A stretch of DNA of 61,018 nt. Source: a virus. Its lineage: Duplodnaviria; Caudoviricetes. Shown in pieces: positions 36,498 to 46,538 of the stretch; position 1 is the stretch's first letter, and each line of letters begins with the position of its first letter. The position numbers and the translations under genes were made by a program. Where the stretch lies: the IMG/VR virus record IMGVR_UViG_3300012209_000002, positions 1 to 61,018 of that record. One strand, 5' to 3'. The notes below the pieces were generated by a model, which made no database searches, was not told the DNA's origin, and saw only the letters and a list, made by a program, of their open reading frames with translations.

Positions 36498-37027
36498 GAT
36501 AGCGCAAGACATTTCCAGCATCTGCCCCTAACGATATTGGCAATGTGCCCCGCGCTAACGTTCAGAGACTTTGCAATAGAGATCTGAAGTTCACCATCCC
36601 GCACCCTTCGAATAACTTCACGAACCTCATGCTCATGGAGTTTAGCGGCATAATGCTGTTCGCCGGAACAGGCTTTGCCAATTTTCTTCCGGCCCTTTTG
36701 AATCATGTCCGTCGTGTTATCTTGTTTTGTGCCGAGAAACAAATGGTATGGTTTAACGCAATCGCGTTGATCGCATTTATGTAGCACACACAAACCTTTT
36801 GGAATTTTCCCAAACACTAAATACCAAGCAACCCGATGGGCCGCTACTGGTCTTCCCTTCAAATGAACGCTGCCGTATCCAGCTTGTGGATGTTTGTACG
36901 CTGTCCAAATCCAGCATCTCCCCAATTCCGGACAGTGTTTCGGTGTGGGACCATTCAATCGAACTTTGGTCCAAAACCGATCCTCGACGGAACCGTCAAT
37001 GCGCGGGCTATACTGACGTTTGGACAT
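36494..37027 (-). mobile_element. HNH homing endonuclease
   Basis: RFWTKV..CWIWT..AHRVAW..VLHKCD..CVKPYHLFLGT..DN; C-terminal HTH. Confidence 0.9.
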
Positions 37028-37092
37028 TGCGAGACTCCCGTTCTCGTAGTGTTCGTGGAGCGATTGTGTCTAGCAGTCGCTCCACAAAAATT

Positions 37093-39324
37093 CTATCGGG
37101 GTTCGACGATTTTTGGAGTAGCCCCGCTGAATTCCTGCGCTCCGTAACGCCAAGTTGCGTATTGTTTGATCCGCGCGGGTTTATTGACCGGCGAACGGCC
37201 AGAATAGGCGGCGATCTTGGCGGAACGGTAATTTTCAGCATCGAATTTGAGGAGGGATACCAAAATGAAGCCCAGCGCAAGCACCCTGTCATCGTGTCCG
37301 CCGTAAGCCGCCCGCAAACTTTGCACAGCCTCTTGCCCCTCAAGCGACGCCATTTCCTGGACAAACCAAGGGGAACAAATCTCGACCTCCGCATCCCGCA
37401 GCATTTTCACAAGAAGCGAGATCATGCCGTCTCGGAACCATCCCGCCGCTGTATAGATTCCGATCTTATTGTACTTGCTAAGATTCGGTATTCTTGCATC
37501 CAACTGTTTATCGACCCAGGGATGGAAGTTGCTCCACCCGCACATTCTGATGATGTTCTGCGGTAGATCCCCCTGGCCCTTGCACTCGATGGCCATTCTG
37601 GGTTGTTGGATTTGCCCTCGATCGTCGGGGACGGAGTACAGCGTACCCAGTGCCAGCAGGAAGGGCCAGCTATCGAGCGCGCTGCACTTGCCCGACGCAT
37701 ATTCGGCGATTTGCTTGTTCGGCCCGTCGATCGAGTACTTCCTCAATCCCTCGATGACGGTGCGGTCCTTGTCGATGCCGTCGGCGGTGTCCATGCCGAA
37801 GCCGTAGGTTTCGCCCTCCACGGGCATTTCGTAGATGTAGATTTTGTCGAGCCCGTCGTCCAAGGCCACCGGACGCAGCGGGACGAGATCGAACTGGATG
37901 GGGTAGCCGGTGGAGTTGGCGGCGTTGACGGTAAGCGCGGGCTTGTTGGGATCGCGGGCGAGGCGGTCCGGTTGGAGGCGGGGATTGACGATTTCAGGGG
38001 GACCGACTAAGCCATAGATGCCCACGGTATTTTGGGCCGCAGCGTTATCGCGGTAGTAGGTGATGGTTTCCGTGCTGAATACTGAGATGTTCGTACTTTG
38101 GAAGGCTTCGTCATCGGTGCAGGGCATCTCCTGGAGAAAGCGATTCAGCCGGTTTTCGTTGATGGCCTCTTCGCGTTCGCACTCGTAGTACCAGATTTGC
38201 CAGAGAGACATTTCCCAGTTCGAGCCCAGGCGCTTTTGCAAATAGTCGGTCTTTTCCACGTAGCTTTTGGCCATGCGGGCGTGAGTCTCGGCCCATGGCG
38301 CCATGCCGGTCGAGTAATCGGCGGGGATCGGGTGCGCCGTTTTCCATCCGGGATCGGGGTAGAGCTCGCCCACAAACCAGGGAAGAAACAGAGGACGCAA
38401 ACGCGAGCGACCGGCCCTCCATCCGTCTTTGGAGCTTACCCACTTTTTGTTCCACCAGTTGTTCATGCCCTTGGCCGTGCCTTCGAGCGCGAGAAAGTTG
38501 GTGGGCGCATTGTGCATGGCTTTGAGAAGAGAGGAGTCGATCAGATCTGAGACTCGGCCTTCATCGAATTCGGCCAGCTCCGAGATATGGGCTTTGGTAG
38601 GAGAAGTGCCGCGAGCGATGCCGGTCGCCTGTTGTCCATGCTGCAAGGTCACGGCGGAATCATTGCCGAATTCCAGAAATTTGTTCTCGCGGCGATGAGT
38701 TTCTTCGGGGCGCATCCAATAAGGCAGCCGCTCCAGAGAGAAATCGTAAAGATCCCAAAGCAGATTGGTTTTGTCTTCGGTGCAGGAGGCAACGAAAGAA
38801 TTGATATGCGGCTGAAACACGATTTCGTGCAGGATGATGAGGGAGATTTCACGGGAGAGGCCGAGTTGGCGGGCCTTCAGCAAAATCAGAAGAATGGCAA
38901 TGTTCAATTCTTGCGACTCGGCGCAGATGTCCAGGAAGATTTTCTGGCTATCCCACGGCGACATACGAACCACGCGATCGTCGGGATTCTTAATATAGCA
39001 ATAACGGGTCTGCCAGTAGTCGAAATCGAAGCGGCACATCGCGCGCTCATTGCGAATCCATTGCGCCTCCTCGGCGGTAAGCGTCTTTTTCCAATGCTTG
39101 GTGAAATCGCGCCGGGAAATCCAGTCCTGGCGATCCCCGTTCTTTCCGTAGATCGTGAAAATCGTCAGACCCGGTATGCGGGTGCCGTCCCAGGGCTCGA
39201 TCAATCCCTGCAAGTGCCGCTGCATCGAGTCGCACTGGACAATGGAATGAGGCTCGGGGATGAAAGAGCCCGCCAGAGTGGCAAAGGACTCCAGGGATTG
39301 AGAGATTATTTTTGGGCTGAACAT
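37093..39324 (-). CDS. terL: Terminase large subunit
   Basis: Walker A LKARQLGLS, Walker B AHISE, coupling motif EGT, nuclease motifs FGMDTADG and GHDDRVLA. Confidence 0.9.
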   Translation of the reverse strand: MFSPKIISQSLESFATLAGSFIPEPHSIVQCDSMQRHLQGLIEPWDGTRIPGLTIFTIYGKNGDRQDWISRRDFTKHWKKTLTAEEAQWIRNERAMCRFDFDYWQTRYCYIKNPDDRVVRMSPWDSQKIFLDICAESQELNIAILLILLKARQLGLSREISLIILHEIVFQPHINSFVASCTEDKTNLLWDLYDFSLERLPYWMRPEETHRRENKFLEFGNDSAVTLQHGQQATGIARGTSPTKAHISELAEFDEGRVSDLIDSSLLKAMHNAPTNFLALEGTAKGMNNWWNKKWVSSKDGWRAGRSRLRPLFLPWFVGELYPDPGWKTAHPIPADYSTGMAPWAETHARMAKSYVEKTDYLQKRLGSNWEMSLWQIWYYECEREEAINENRLNRFLQEMPCTDDEAFQSTNISVFSTETITYYRDNAAAQNTVGIYGLVGPPEIVNPRLQPDRLARDPNKPALTVNAANSTGYPIQFDLVPLRPVALDDGLDKIYIYEMPVEGETYGFGMDTADGIDKDRTVIEGLRKYSIDGPNKQIAEYASGKCSALDSWPFLLALGTLYSVPDDRGQIQQPRMAIECKGQGDLPQNIIRMCGWSNFHPWVDKQLDARIPNLSKYNKIGIYTAAGWFRDGMISLLVKMLRDAEVEICSPWFVQEMASLEGQEAVQSLRAAYGGHDDRVLALGFILVSLLKFDAENYRSAKIAAYSGRSPVNKPARIKQYATWRYGAQEFSGATPKIVEPR

Positions 39325-39602
39325 GATGCTGGCGCGATTCCGTAAGGCAGCGTCAGGTTCGTCCAGCCGAACCTGGTAACACTCAAGCTGGAGCCGTGCC
39401 CGTAAGCGCCGATAATGAGCATAACGCCATCGTTGACCTCTTCCATCCATCCGCTCATTGCGGCGATACGAGGCTCCAGACGCAATTTCGGAATCGAGAT
39501 CGACTTGCGCCCCGGCTCCCACAGCAAACGCTCGGGGTCCAGAATAGCGCCAGCCAACAGTGACAAGAACGCGCGACGATCCATCTCAGATAGTATAGAC
39601 AA
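39306..39602 (-). CDS. Hypothetical protein
   Basis: MDRRAFLSLLAGA twin-arginine-like start. Confidence 0.5.
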   Translation of the reverse strand: MSILSEMDRRAFLSLLAGAILDPERLLWEPGRKSISIPKLRLEPRIAAMSGWMEEVNDGVMLIIGAYGHGSSLSVTRFGWTNLTLPYGIAPASCSAQK

Positions 39603-39637
39603 TGGATCTGCGAAAGGCCGAATTGCAGATGCGCTGG

Positions 39638-40345
39638 CTAATCGCCGTCCTCTGCCTCGTCTTCGTTTTCCTCGCCGTTATTTGGCTCCTCGGTTTCTGG
39701 TTCGGGTACTGGGGCGGCGGCAACCTCGATCGCGGCGGCAGGAGATAGACGTCTCGCCAAGCTCACCGATTCTTCGTCGAAGCTTTCGAGTTCTCCGGAA
39801 AATGTGGGCAGGTTCGGCATGGGCGTGCTTCCCAGATTGATGTTGACCGAGGGCATCACACTGTTTCCTTTCCGGTCCGGCAGGCTTCCACTGAGACGGA
39901 AAAAGAGTTCCCGGTCCTTGAAATTCGCCTCCTTATGCGCCAGCTTCACGGTGCGCTCGATCAGGTTGGGATGCGACATGGCGGAAATCATCTTGGATTC
40001 GCCGCTGCCGGTTTCCCACATGCCTTTGGACACCGCCGCCATCAGATCGCCAGGAGTCATCTGAGCCATATCGCAGAGTTGCTCGGGCTTGTGCTCGAAG
40101 CGCTGCTTGTTCGTGAGAGACGCGAAGATTTTCACGAAGCGGTCGCAGTCCTTGTCGCCGTTGCGCGCACAGTAATCCACGAAGTCGATGTAGTTTCTCC
40201 AGGAAGGTTTGATGTGGCGGAAAGCAATCACCATGGGGGTATCGTTGTTTTTGCGGGTAAGGAGCGGGTGGCCGAGCGGGCCGGTGAGCGGACGCGGGGG
40301 CAGGACTGGGGGCGGGTTCTCGGTAAACGGCTTATTGGTTGACAT
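39638..40345 (-). CDS. Hypothetical protein, possible terminase small subunit
   Basis: Helical protein with an acidic tail, two genes upstream of terL; assignment by position only. Confidence 0.45.
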   Translation of the reverse strand: MSTNKPFTENPPPVLPPRPLTGPLGHPLLTRKNNDTPMVIAFRHIKPSWRNYIDFVDYCARNGDKDCDRFVKIFASLTNKQRFEHKPEQLCDMAQMTPGDLMAAVSKGMWETGSGESKMISAMSHPNLIERTVKLAHKEANFKDRELFFRLSGSLPDRKGNSVMPSVNINLGSTPMPNLPTFSGELESFDEESVSLARRLSPAAAIEVAAAPVPEPETEEPNNGEENEDEAEDGD

Positions 40346-40501
40346 GGGGCTTACGGGCAACGGCGCCGGCGAACGATTGGGCGACCAACTCCGTTATCAG
40401 CTTTTTTAGGCCATCGATTTGAGCCTGCATCCGATAGCACCAGAAAATCAAACCCAAAAAACTACCCGTTAGCATTAAAAAAGCGGCTATCGTATCGGGA
40501 C

Positions 40502-40879
40502 TCATAGTTTCCTGGCGGCAACGAATGCCTCGAAGGTGGCAGCATTGACTTGAGCGAACGCCTCGTCCCAATTCACCGTTCCCGCGTCTCCATGCAATCG
40601 TCGCATTTCCGCCTCGTATTCCCGAAGCGCGGCCTCGAACGCGGGCGAGTCCGGGACGACGCCGAAGCGCGCGGCCAGCTCCCGCCGCTGCTCCTTCTCC
40701 CGCTCCTGTGCCTCGGAATCGATCGTGCGCAGGTCTTCGAGCGTGGCCTGGCGAATCTCGGGGGCGTCGGCGAGGGGCGGAAGGAGACGTTCGGCCACTT
40801 CCACGAGACGTTCCACTGCATCCGCGAGACGGGTAACCTGGCCAACGAGACGGGCAAGGTCAATGGGAAAATCGAGCAT
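40502..40879 (-). CDS. Hypothetical protein
   Basis: 125 aa, RBS AAGGA. Confidence 0.6.
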   Translation of the reverse strand: MLDFPIDLARLVGQVTRLADAVERLVEVAERLLPPLADAPEIRQATLEDLRTIDSEAQEREKEQRRELAARFGVVPDSPAFEAALREYEAEMRRLHGDAGTVNWDEAFAQVNAATFEAFVAARKL

Positions 40880-40882
40880 GGG

Positions 40883-41371
40883 CTAGTCCTTGGAATCGAG
40901 CGGGGGCGGAATCGAGCCGCCCATCGCCGCGCGGGCGCGCTGGGGATGCTTGCGCACGGGTAAGAAAGATTCGTCCTCCGGCAACTTCGGCGCTTGTGTA
41001 GGAGTCATGTCCCAATAGAGCGGATCGGTGCCGGTTTTCTCTAACTCCGATAGTCGGACAGCGGGAGATAAACGCTCCACAATCTGAAGTAGCGCATCGA
41101 TCTCCCGTTGCATGCGAGCGACGGTTTGGATCAGCCGTTCGATCTCGCCGGGCCGGTACAGCACCTGCCATTGAGCGGCGGTCGCGGCGAGCACAATCTG
41201 CTGAAACTGGCCCTCGAAGTGGAGCACGAACAGTTTAATGGCTTCGTCGGAGAACTGGCCGAGCACCACGGCGGGAACCGGGTGGGGCTCGCCGTCGTCG
41301 CCGTGCCAGGAACTGAAGCGAGTGCCGGGGACGGGGTAAGCGAGAATCGTGCCGATGGGGAAATCGGGCAT
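40883..41371 (-). CDS. Hypothetical protein
   Basis: 162 aa, coupled to the upstream stop. Confidence 0.6.
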   Translation of the reverse strand: MPDFPIGTILAYPVPGTRFSSWHGDDGEPHPVPAVVLGQFSDEAIKLFVLHFEGQFQQIVLAATAAQWQVLYRPGEIERLIQTVARMQREIDALLQIVERLSPAVRLSELEKTGTDPLYWDMTPTQAPKLPEDESFLPVRKHPQRARAAMGGSIPPPLDSKD

Positions 41372-42150
41372 CAGCGCGACCTCACGTTCTTAAAGATACC
41401 CAAAGACGCGCGCTCTCCGCCCTGGCGCAAGCCCGCCGGCCCTTGGTCCATGTCCACCACGGTCGCATTCTGCATTTTTGCGATTCCCGCGCCGGTGAGG
41501 CCGCCCGAGCCGGTGCGGTCGATGGAAAGGCCGGGGACGGCTTCCACCACGCGGTTCTCCAGCGGATCGGGGGCAATGGGTTCGCCAGTAAAACGCTCAC
41601 CCCCGCCAAATACACGAACATGCGCCTCGAAAGGATTCGGGGCGGAAGCAGCGGGTCTGGAGGTGGCCCCGCCGCTCCCTGCCGGCCGCGCTTCCGACAT
41701 CGCGGCCGGATTCGGAGAAGATGGAACTCCTTCACTATACTCCATCCTCCTGGCGCCATAGTACACCGGAACGATATCGACCGCAGCCGGTACACGTGCC
41801 GCCCCGAAGATAAACGGATGTGCGCCGATCTTCTTGTCCCCATGGTGCGGGGCGGGGATCGCGAGCCCGTGCTCGTCGCGCACCCGGTCGGGCGGGTGAC
41901 CGTCGGGGGTGGGGGCGGCCGAGATGCGGTTTTCGAGAGTCACCGAATCCACGATTTCCAGACGCTCGGGGGTCTGCTGGTCGGCCCATTGGTCCAGATG
42001 CACGGTGAGATGCATGGAAACGCGAGGAAGGGTGAGATGGGGCTGAAGGAAGGGGACTTGGTCCAGGATCTGCGCAAACCGTTGCTTCAAAACAGCTTTG
42101 ATCTCCTCACCGTTGAGATCGTTGTACACCAGGCTGGAAGGGAGCTGCAT
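41371..42150 (-). CDS. Hypothetical protein
   Basis: MQLPSSLVY start after the TAAGGA RBS. Confidence 0.6.
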   Translation of the reverse strand: MQLPSSLVYNDLNGEEIKAVLKQRFAQILDQVPFLQPHLTLPRVSMHLTVHLDQWADQQTPERLEIVDSVTLENRISAAPTPDGHPPDRVRDEHGLAIPAPHHGDKKIGAHPFIFGAARVPAAVDIVPVYYGARRMEYSEGVPSSPNPAAMSEARPAGSGGATSRPAASAPNPFEAHVRVFGGGERFTGEPIAPDPLENRVVEAVPGLSIDRTGSGGLTGAGIAKMQNATVVDMDQGPAGLRQGGERASLGIFKNVRSR

Positions 42151-42177
42151 AAACTCTATCCTTATATGATAAGGGTC

Positions 42178-43275
42178 ATGCAAGCAACCCCCGATCTCGA
42201 ATCTTTAGAGCGCCCCGGCCCCTATTCCCGCCCCATCCGCGAGCTTCTGGATTTTCTGGCCGTGGAGTTCGGAATCGCCGAAGAGGCTCCCGTGCGCGTG
42301 CTTCTCGGCGCGCTTTTGCCCCTGGACGGGTTTCGCCCCCCGCGCCTCACCCTGGAAACCGACTGGTTATCCCGCTATTTCGATACTAGCGCGTGGTTTA
42401 CCTTGGGCGGTCTGGTGCATCCCTACTCGCTCGGCATGGTGCGGGCGCCGGGGATATGGCGGCGGGCGCAGCATGTGCTGGCCGAGGCCAACGACCGCGA
42501 GCGGGCCACGGGGATCGCCAGCGTGTTCGTGGAGCCGGACTGGCACGAGCCGGTGCGCTGGCAAGCGCACGCCAAGCAATACGCGGAGAACTATCTGGCC
42601 GAGAGCTTACGGGTGCGGGTGCACCAGCCGAAGAGAGTGGAGACCCTGGACCGGCAGAAGCAGGAAGCGCGGACGGCGCAGATGCAATTCCTGGTCAAGA
42701 ACGTGTTACAGCTGGGATTGCGAAGCTGGAAAGCGCCCGAGGCTCGGTTTCCCCCCAATTACGCATATTGGTGCGAGCTGGCGCTGAAGCTCGTGCCGCC
42801 TTGGCCCCCCATAGCCTGGCAATGGCTAAGCGCCGCGATCGCGGAAACGGCTGTGAGAAGCGCGGCTCTGGAGGGGCGGGCCAGGGCCAACGAGCGAGAT
42901 TGGAGTCTGGCGGGGAAGGCGCTGTCCTGGCAAGTGCCGGCGTGGACCGCGGGGCTTCTCCAGACGCTCGGGGAAGGGCATACGCAAAAGCGCGGGGCGA
43001 CCTCGATCGACCGGAAGCAGCTTAGCGAACGAATAGGGACCGCCGAATCCCAAAGAACGCGGGAACGCAAGCGCGCGGAAGCGCGGGCGGAGGCCAAACG
43101 TTTGGAGCGAGAGGGCGCGCTCAAATACCGGCCCGCGGGGAAAGAGTGGCGTCTGGCCAATCCTCCTACGTGCTGCCATGTCTTGCGGGTGCTGGAGGGA
43201 AGGGCGTTCGACGGAGACAGCCAGGAGGCCGTGGGGCCGCACCAGCGGGGCTGGAACCCGAGCGGAAAGGATTAG
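42178..43275 (+). CDS. Hypothetical protein (365 aa)
   Basis: MQATPDLE... after TAAGG; the upstream part of the track ORF overlaps a real minus-strand gene. Confidence 0.6.
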   Translation: MQATPDLESLERPGPYSRPIRELLDFLAVEFGIAEEAPVRVLLGALLPLDGFRPPRLTLETDWLSRYFDTSAWFTLGGLVHPYSLGMVRAPGIWRRAQHVLAEANDRERATGIASVFVEPDWHEPVRWQAHAKQYAENYLAESLRVRVHQPKRVETLDRQKQEARTAQMQFLVKNVLQLGLRSWKAPEARFPPNYAYWCELALKLVPPWPPIAWQWLSAAIAETAVRSAALEGRARANERDWSLAGKALSWQVPAWTAGLLQTLGEGHTQKRGATSIDRKQLSERIGTAESQRTRERKRAEARAEAKRLEREGALKYRPAGKEWRLANPPTCCHVLRVLEGRAFDGDSQEAVGPHQRGWNPSGKD

Positions 43276-43472
43276 CGGCGCAGATTCTTTTTCAGAGACT
43301 CGAAACAATCGGGGCACTCCCCGGAACGATACAGGAAACTGGCGGGCACTCCGCAAATCCGGCACACGCCTTCTTCCATGGGCACGGAAAATCGGTTAGG
43401 CGCCTCTTCGATACTGGCAGCATGTTCCTGTTCGATGGACTCCTGCCATGACTCAATCTCGAACTCTTCCAT
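43272..43472 (-). CDS. Small zinc-finger protein
   Basis: CRICG...CPDC; RBS GGGAG. Confidence 0.55.
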   Translation of the reverse strand: MEEFEIESWQESIEQEHAASIEEAPNRFSVPMEEGVCRICGVPASFLYRSGECPDCFESLKKNLRR

Positions 43473-44534
43473 GCGGATAGTTTCTCCCGAATTCCTGCGC
43501 GGCTCCGGGCTCAAGCGCACGGTTCCAACTTGCATCGGCAGGAGCAATGCAATTACACGTGGGGGGTGGCGGGCGGGCGTGGCCTCTTTAGCTACTAGTA
43601 GCAGTTACTGCCGGGGGTAAGTGTCTGAGCAGAAGATAACGCGCGCACGGCGCGCTTTATCTTCGCAGCTCCAACGAGAGCGCGCAGCGCGAACGGGGGA
43701 GCGGGCTCCAGGACCGGCGCTCCGGGCACCCCCGCACTCGCTCCCGCACCGACACCGAACCCGCAATCCGCCGGAGGCCCGGACTCGCTTCTCCGCTTTG
43801 CCCCTTGCAGGGTCAAATGCTCGAATGCTCGCCCTCCCCTGCCCCTGCGCCGATTTCCAACGGAATTCCCTGAATTTGAAAATTCGATTTTTCCCTTTTC
43901 CCAAAAATGGAGACGCGGAGTCAGCCCGGGCCCCCCGCGCCCCACCCCTGCCACAACCTGCGCCGGCGCCGACCGCACGCAGGGCATGGGGGCAGCACCG
44001 GGCTGCGGTGTACGGCGCCGGCATGGGCCCAGGGAGCGAGTACGGGTGGGAGTCGGGATACCGGAGATCCAGATGTGCCACGGAAGCGAGGCGAAGGCGG
44101 GGTTACATATACACCGATTATCGGAAGCAGGGCGCAGCACTGGTGCATGGGTGCACAGGCAGACGCGCATTGCGAGGAGCTGGTGACGCGTACCCGAAAG
44201 GGTACGAGGCCCAGGTCCGAGCCTAAGACGCACGCGCGAAAGCGTTGGTAGCAGGGCGTGCGCGCGCGTTGTCGCAGCATGTGCAGGGGTGCAGGGGGGG
44301 GAGATGGCGGATCGGGGAGTAAGGCGAGAGCGGGGAGTGGGAAGGGCCCCCTACCCCCGGGAGGCAGGAAGGGGAACCCAGGGGCGAGCGTAGCACGAAT
44401 GCGAGAAATCGTGCTACGAGTGCGTTGGGAAACGCGGGAGGGAAAATAACGTTTGACGTGTGTCGGTGCAGCGGCTACGATGGGATTGCTGGCTGAGGCT
44501 GGCGCCGCTCCGACAAGCGGCGATGGAGGAAACG

Positions 44535-44840
44535 ATGGAACGAGCGCAAACACAGACCTGGTGGGACGCCCACCGGGAACCCGTAGAGCTGGACTCGCCG
44601 AGAGACTTACGCGAAGCCGGCGCCAGGCTCCAGCCGGCGGCCAAGCCCGCGCGCCGGATCCGCTTGTCGCTTGCCCGTGTCATGGACGCGGCCGAGTCCG
44701 GCGAGTACCTGGGCTTTTGCCTGGCTTGTGGGGCCGAGGCTAGTGGAGTGGAGCCCGATGCCCATGAGTATCCGTGCGAGTGCTGTGGGGAGGCTCGCGT
44801 GTACGGAGCCGAGGAGATTCTCGTCATGGGGCTGGGGTAG
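44535..44840 (+). CDS. Small zinc-finger early protein
   Basis: GFCLACG..VEPDA..YPCECCG; RBS GGAGG. Confidence 0.7.
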   Translation: MERAQTQTWWDAHREPVELDSPRDLREAGARLQPAAKPARRIRLSLARVMDAAESGEYLGFCLACGAEASGVEPDAHEYPCECCGEARVYGAEEILVMGLG

Positions 44841-44926
44841 CTCGCAATTCCGCGGGGGCCGTGACAGGCTCCCCCAAACCCTGAACCTGCACTGAACCTC
44901 AAATGCCTATGGGCAGGAGAAAGACA

Positions 44927-45233
44927 ATGGCACGATATCGCATGGAAGACGGCTGTGTCCTGGACACGGCCAACGCTACCGCTGAGTGGGAAGAGGACAC
45001 CTATTTCGATGGACATAACCGAATCGGCGTGGCCACGGGCTCCCAGTGGAACCACGAGACCCTGTATCGCTCGCGGAAGGGCCGATACTTACATCGAGCG
45101 CACCGGCCAGTGGCAGGGCAGCGCGAATTATGCCGCGTGGATCGGCAAGCGCGCGGCCGTAGCGTGGCTGCTGGCCAATAACCGGGAGCTGCCGGAGGAC
45201 CTGGCGGAGCTCGAAGCGGAGATCTCGGAGTAA
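44927..45233 (+). pseudogene. Hypothetical gene split by a +1 frameshift
   Basis: Removing one T at 45089-90 joins ...LYRSRKGRY to YIERTGQWQGS...EISE. Confidence 0.6.
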
Positions 45234-45293
45234 CTCCCCTGACGAGCCCGTGAGAAGCGGGCGAAACTCACGGCTTATCCCGTGAGTCGGGAG
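45234..45293 (+). ncRNA. Type I hammerhead ribozyme
   Basis: Stem I CTCCC/GGGAG; core CTGACGA; stem II GCCCG/CGGGC; GAAA; stem III CTCACGG/CCGTGAG; GUC cleavage triplet at 45286-45288. Confidence 0.92.
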
Positions 45294-45302
45294 GTAGTCG
45301 CA

Positions 45303-45428
45303 ATGACGAACGCACTACGCACTGCAACCGCATTGACGAACGAACGGATTTTCCGGCCGAATCGAGCGCTGTGGACGCTGACCGCGCGCATGGCCGAGCT
45401 GGTTTCGGGGGTGTCCCATGCTGCTTAA
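45303..45428 (+). CDS. Possible 41-aa peptide downstream of the ribozyme
   Basis: ATG follows GGGAGG, which includes the 3' strand of hammerhead stem I. Confidence 0.4.
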   Translation: MTNALRTATALTNERIFRPNRALWTLTARMAELVSGVSHAA

Positions 45429-46107
45429 CCGGCATAACCTGAACATTGCCGCGCTGTGCTCCAAAGAGGCTTCGCGGTTTAGCCTGCAAGCGCTATACGT
45501 GACTCCGCAAGCCACGGTCGAAACGGACGGACACCAATTGGTGTCCGTTACCCTGGCGCCGGGATTGCAAGCGGAATCGTTTCCCGAACCCCCCAACACG
45601 CCGAAAGCGGTAGACGAGTGGAAGCCGTTTCTGCTGCCCGCGTCCGAAGCGCTGGCCATTGCCAAGGCGCTTCCCAAAAAGTCTAAGATTCCCGCATTGG
45701 AATGCGCGGCCGTGACGGACGAAACCGATGGCCACGGGCATTCCGCCATTTCCGTGACGGATCTGGAGTTCGCCCGTGTGTTCCGCACTCGCAAGCCCGA
45801 AGGGAATTTCCCGGATTACGAACGCATTATGCCCAAACTGAAGAACGCCACGTTCCAGGTGGCCTTCGATGCCGCGCTGTTGGTCCGCGTGCTGAACCGG
45901 ATTGTCGCGTTCCAGCAAGGGCAGGGCAACGCCAAAGGCGGCAATCCCGCTACCGTCACATTCTCGTTTACGGATAAAAACCATGCGGTGAGGCTGGATG
46001 CCAAGGGGGGTGAGGACCAGCAGCTCACTGCGGTCGTGATGCCGTGCAGTCTGCCGAAAGACAGCAAAGGCAAGAGTGCCGCAGACGGTGCAGGGGGTGC
46101 CCAATGA
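45418..46107 (+). CDS. Truncated DNA polymerase III beta-clamp-like protein (domains 2-3)
   Basis: SKEASRFSLQAL, VETDGHQL, EGNFPDYERIMP and AVVMP match DnaN motifs; only 229 aa. Confidence 0.8.
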   Translation: MLLNRHNLNIAALCSKEASRFSLQALYVTPQATVETDGHQLVSVTLAPGLQAESFPEPPNTPKAVDEWKPFLLPASEALAIAKALPKKSKIPALECAAVTDETDGHGHSAISVTDLEFARVFRTRKPEGNFPDYERIMPKLKNATFQVAFDAALLVRVLNRIVAFQQGQGNAKGGNPATVTFSFTDKNHAVRLDAKGGEDQQLTAVVMPCSLPKDSKGKSAADGAGGAQ

Positions 46108-46538
46108 GCACCCGCTCTACTACTCACTTCATGGACTCGGGGCACTCTCAAGGAGGGTGCCCCATCGTCTACCGCCACACCGACGGTTACCCGGAAGGCG
46201 CGGGTAAAGATCTAATCCGCTTCCTGGAAATCTGCCGCTCGCTGAACGATTCGCGCCTCGAAGATCCCGAATACCTGGCGGCGCGCTATGTCGTGTTTCT
46301 CGCCGGAATCTACACGCACGGTTCCGAGCGGCTGGATTTCCTTTCCGTAGGCGTAGTGTCCGAAGATCCCGGCGATATCGAGTACCGCGATGTCGTGGAT
46401 TGCAGGGAAATCGGTAAGAACGGACTGCCGGAAGTGACGTGCTGGCACATCGAACGCACAAACCGCAGAGAACATTTACAGATGGCGGCAATTCCCGGCT
46501 ACCGCGCAAACGGGAAGGGGAAAGGGGGCGCCCCATGA
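46104..46538 (+). CDS. Conserved phage hypothetical protein
   Basis: MSTRS...VYRHTDGYPEG motif. Confidence 0.65.
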   Translation: MSTRSTTHFMDSGHSQGGCPIVYRHTDGYPEGAGKDLIRFLEICRSLNDSRLEDPEYLAARYVVFLAGIYTHGSERLDFLSVGVVSEDPGDIEYRDVVDCREIGKNGLPEVTCWHIERTNRREHLQMAAIPGYRANGKGKGGAP

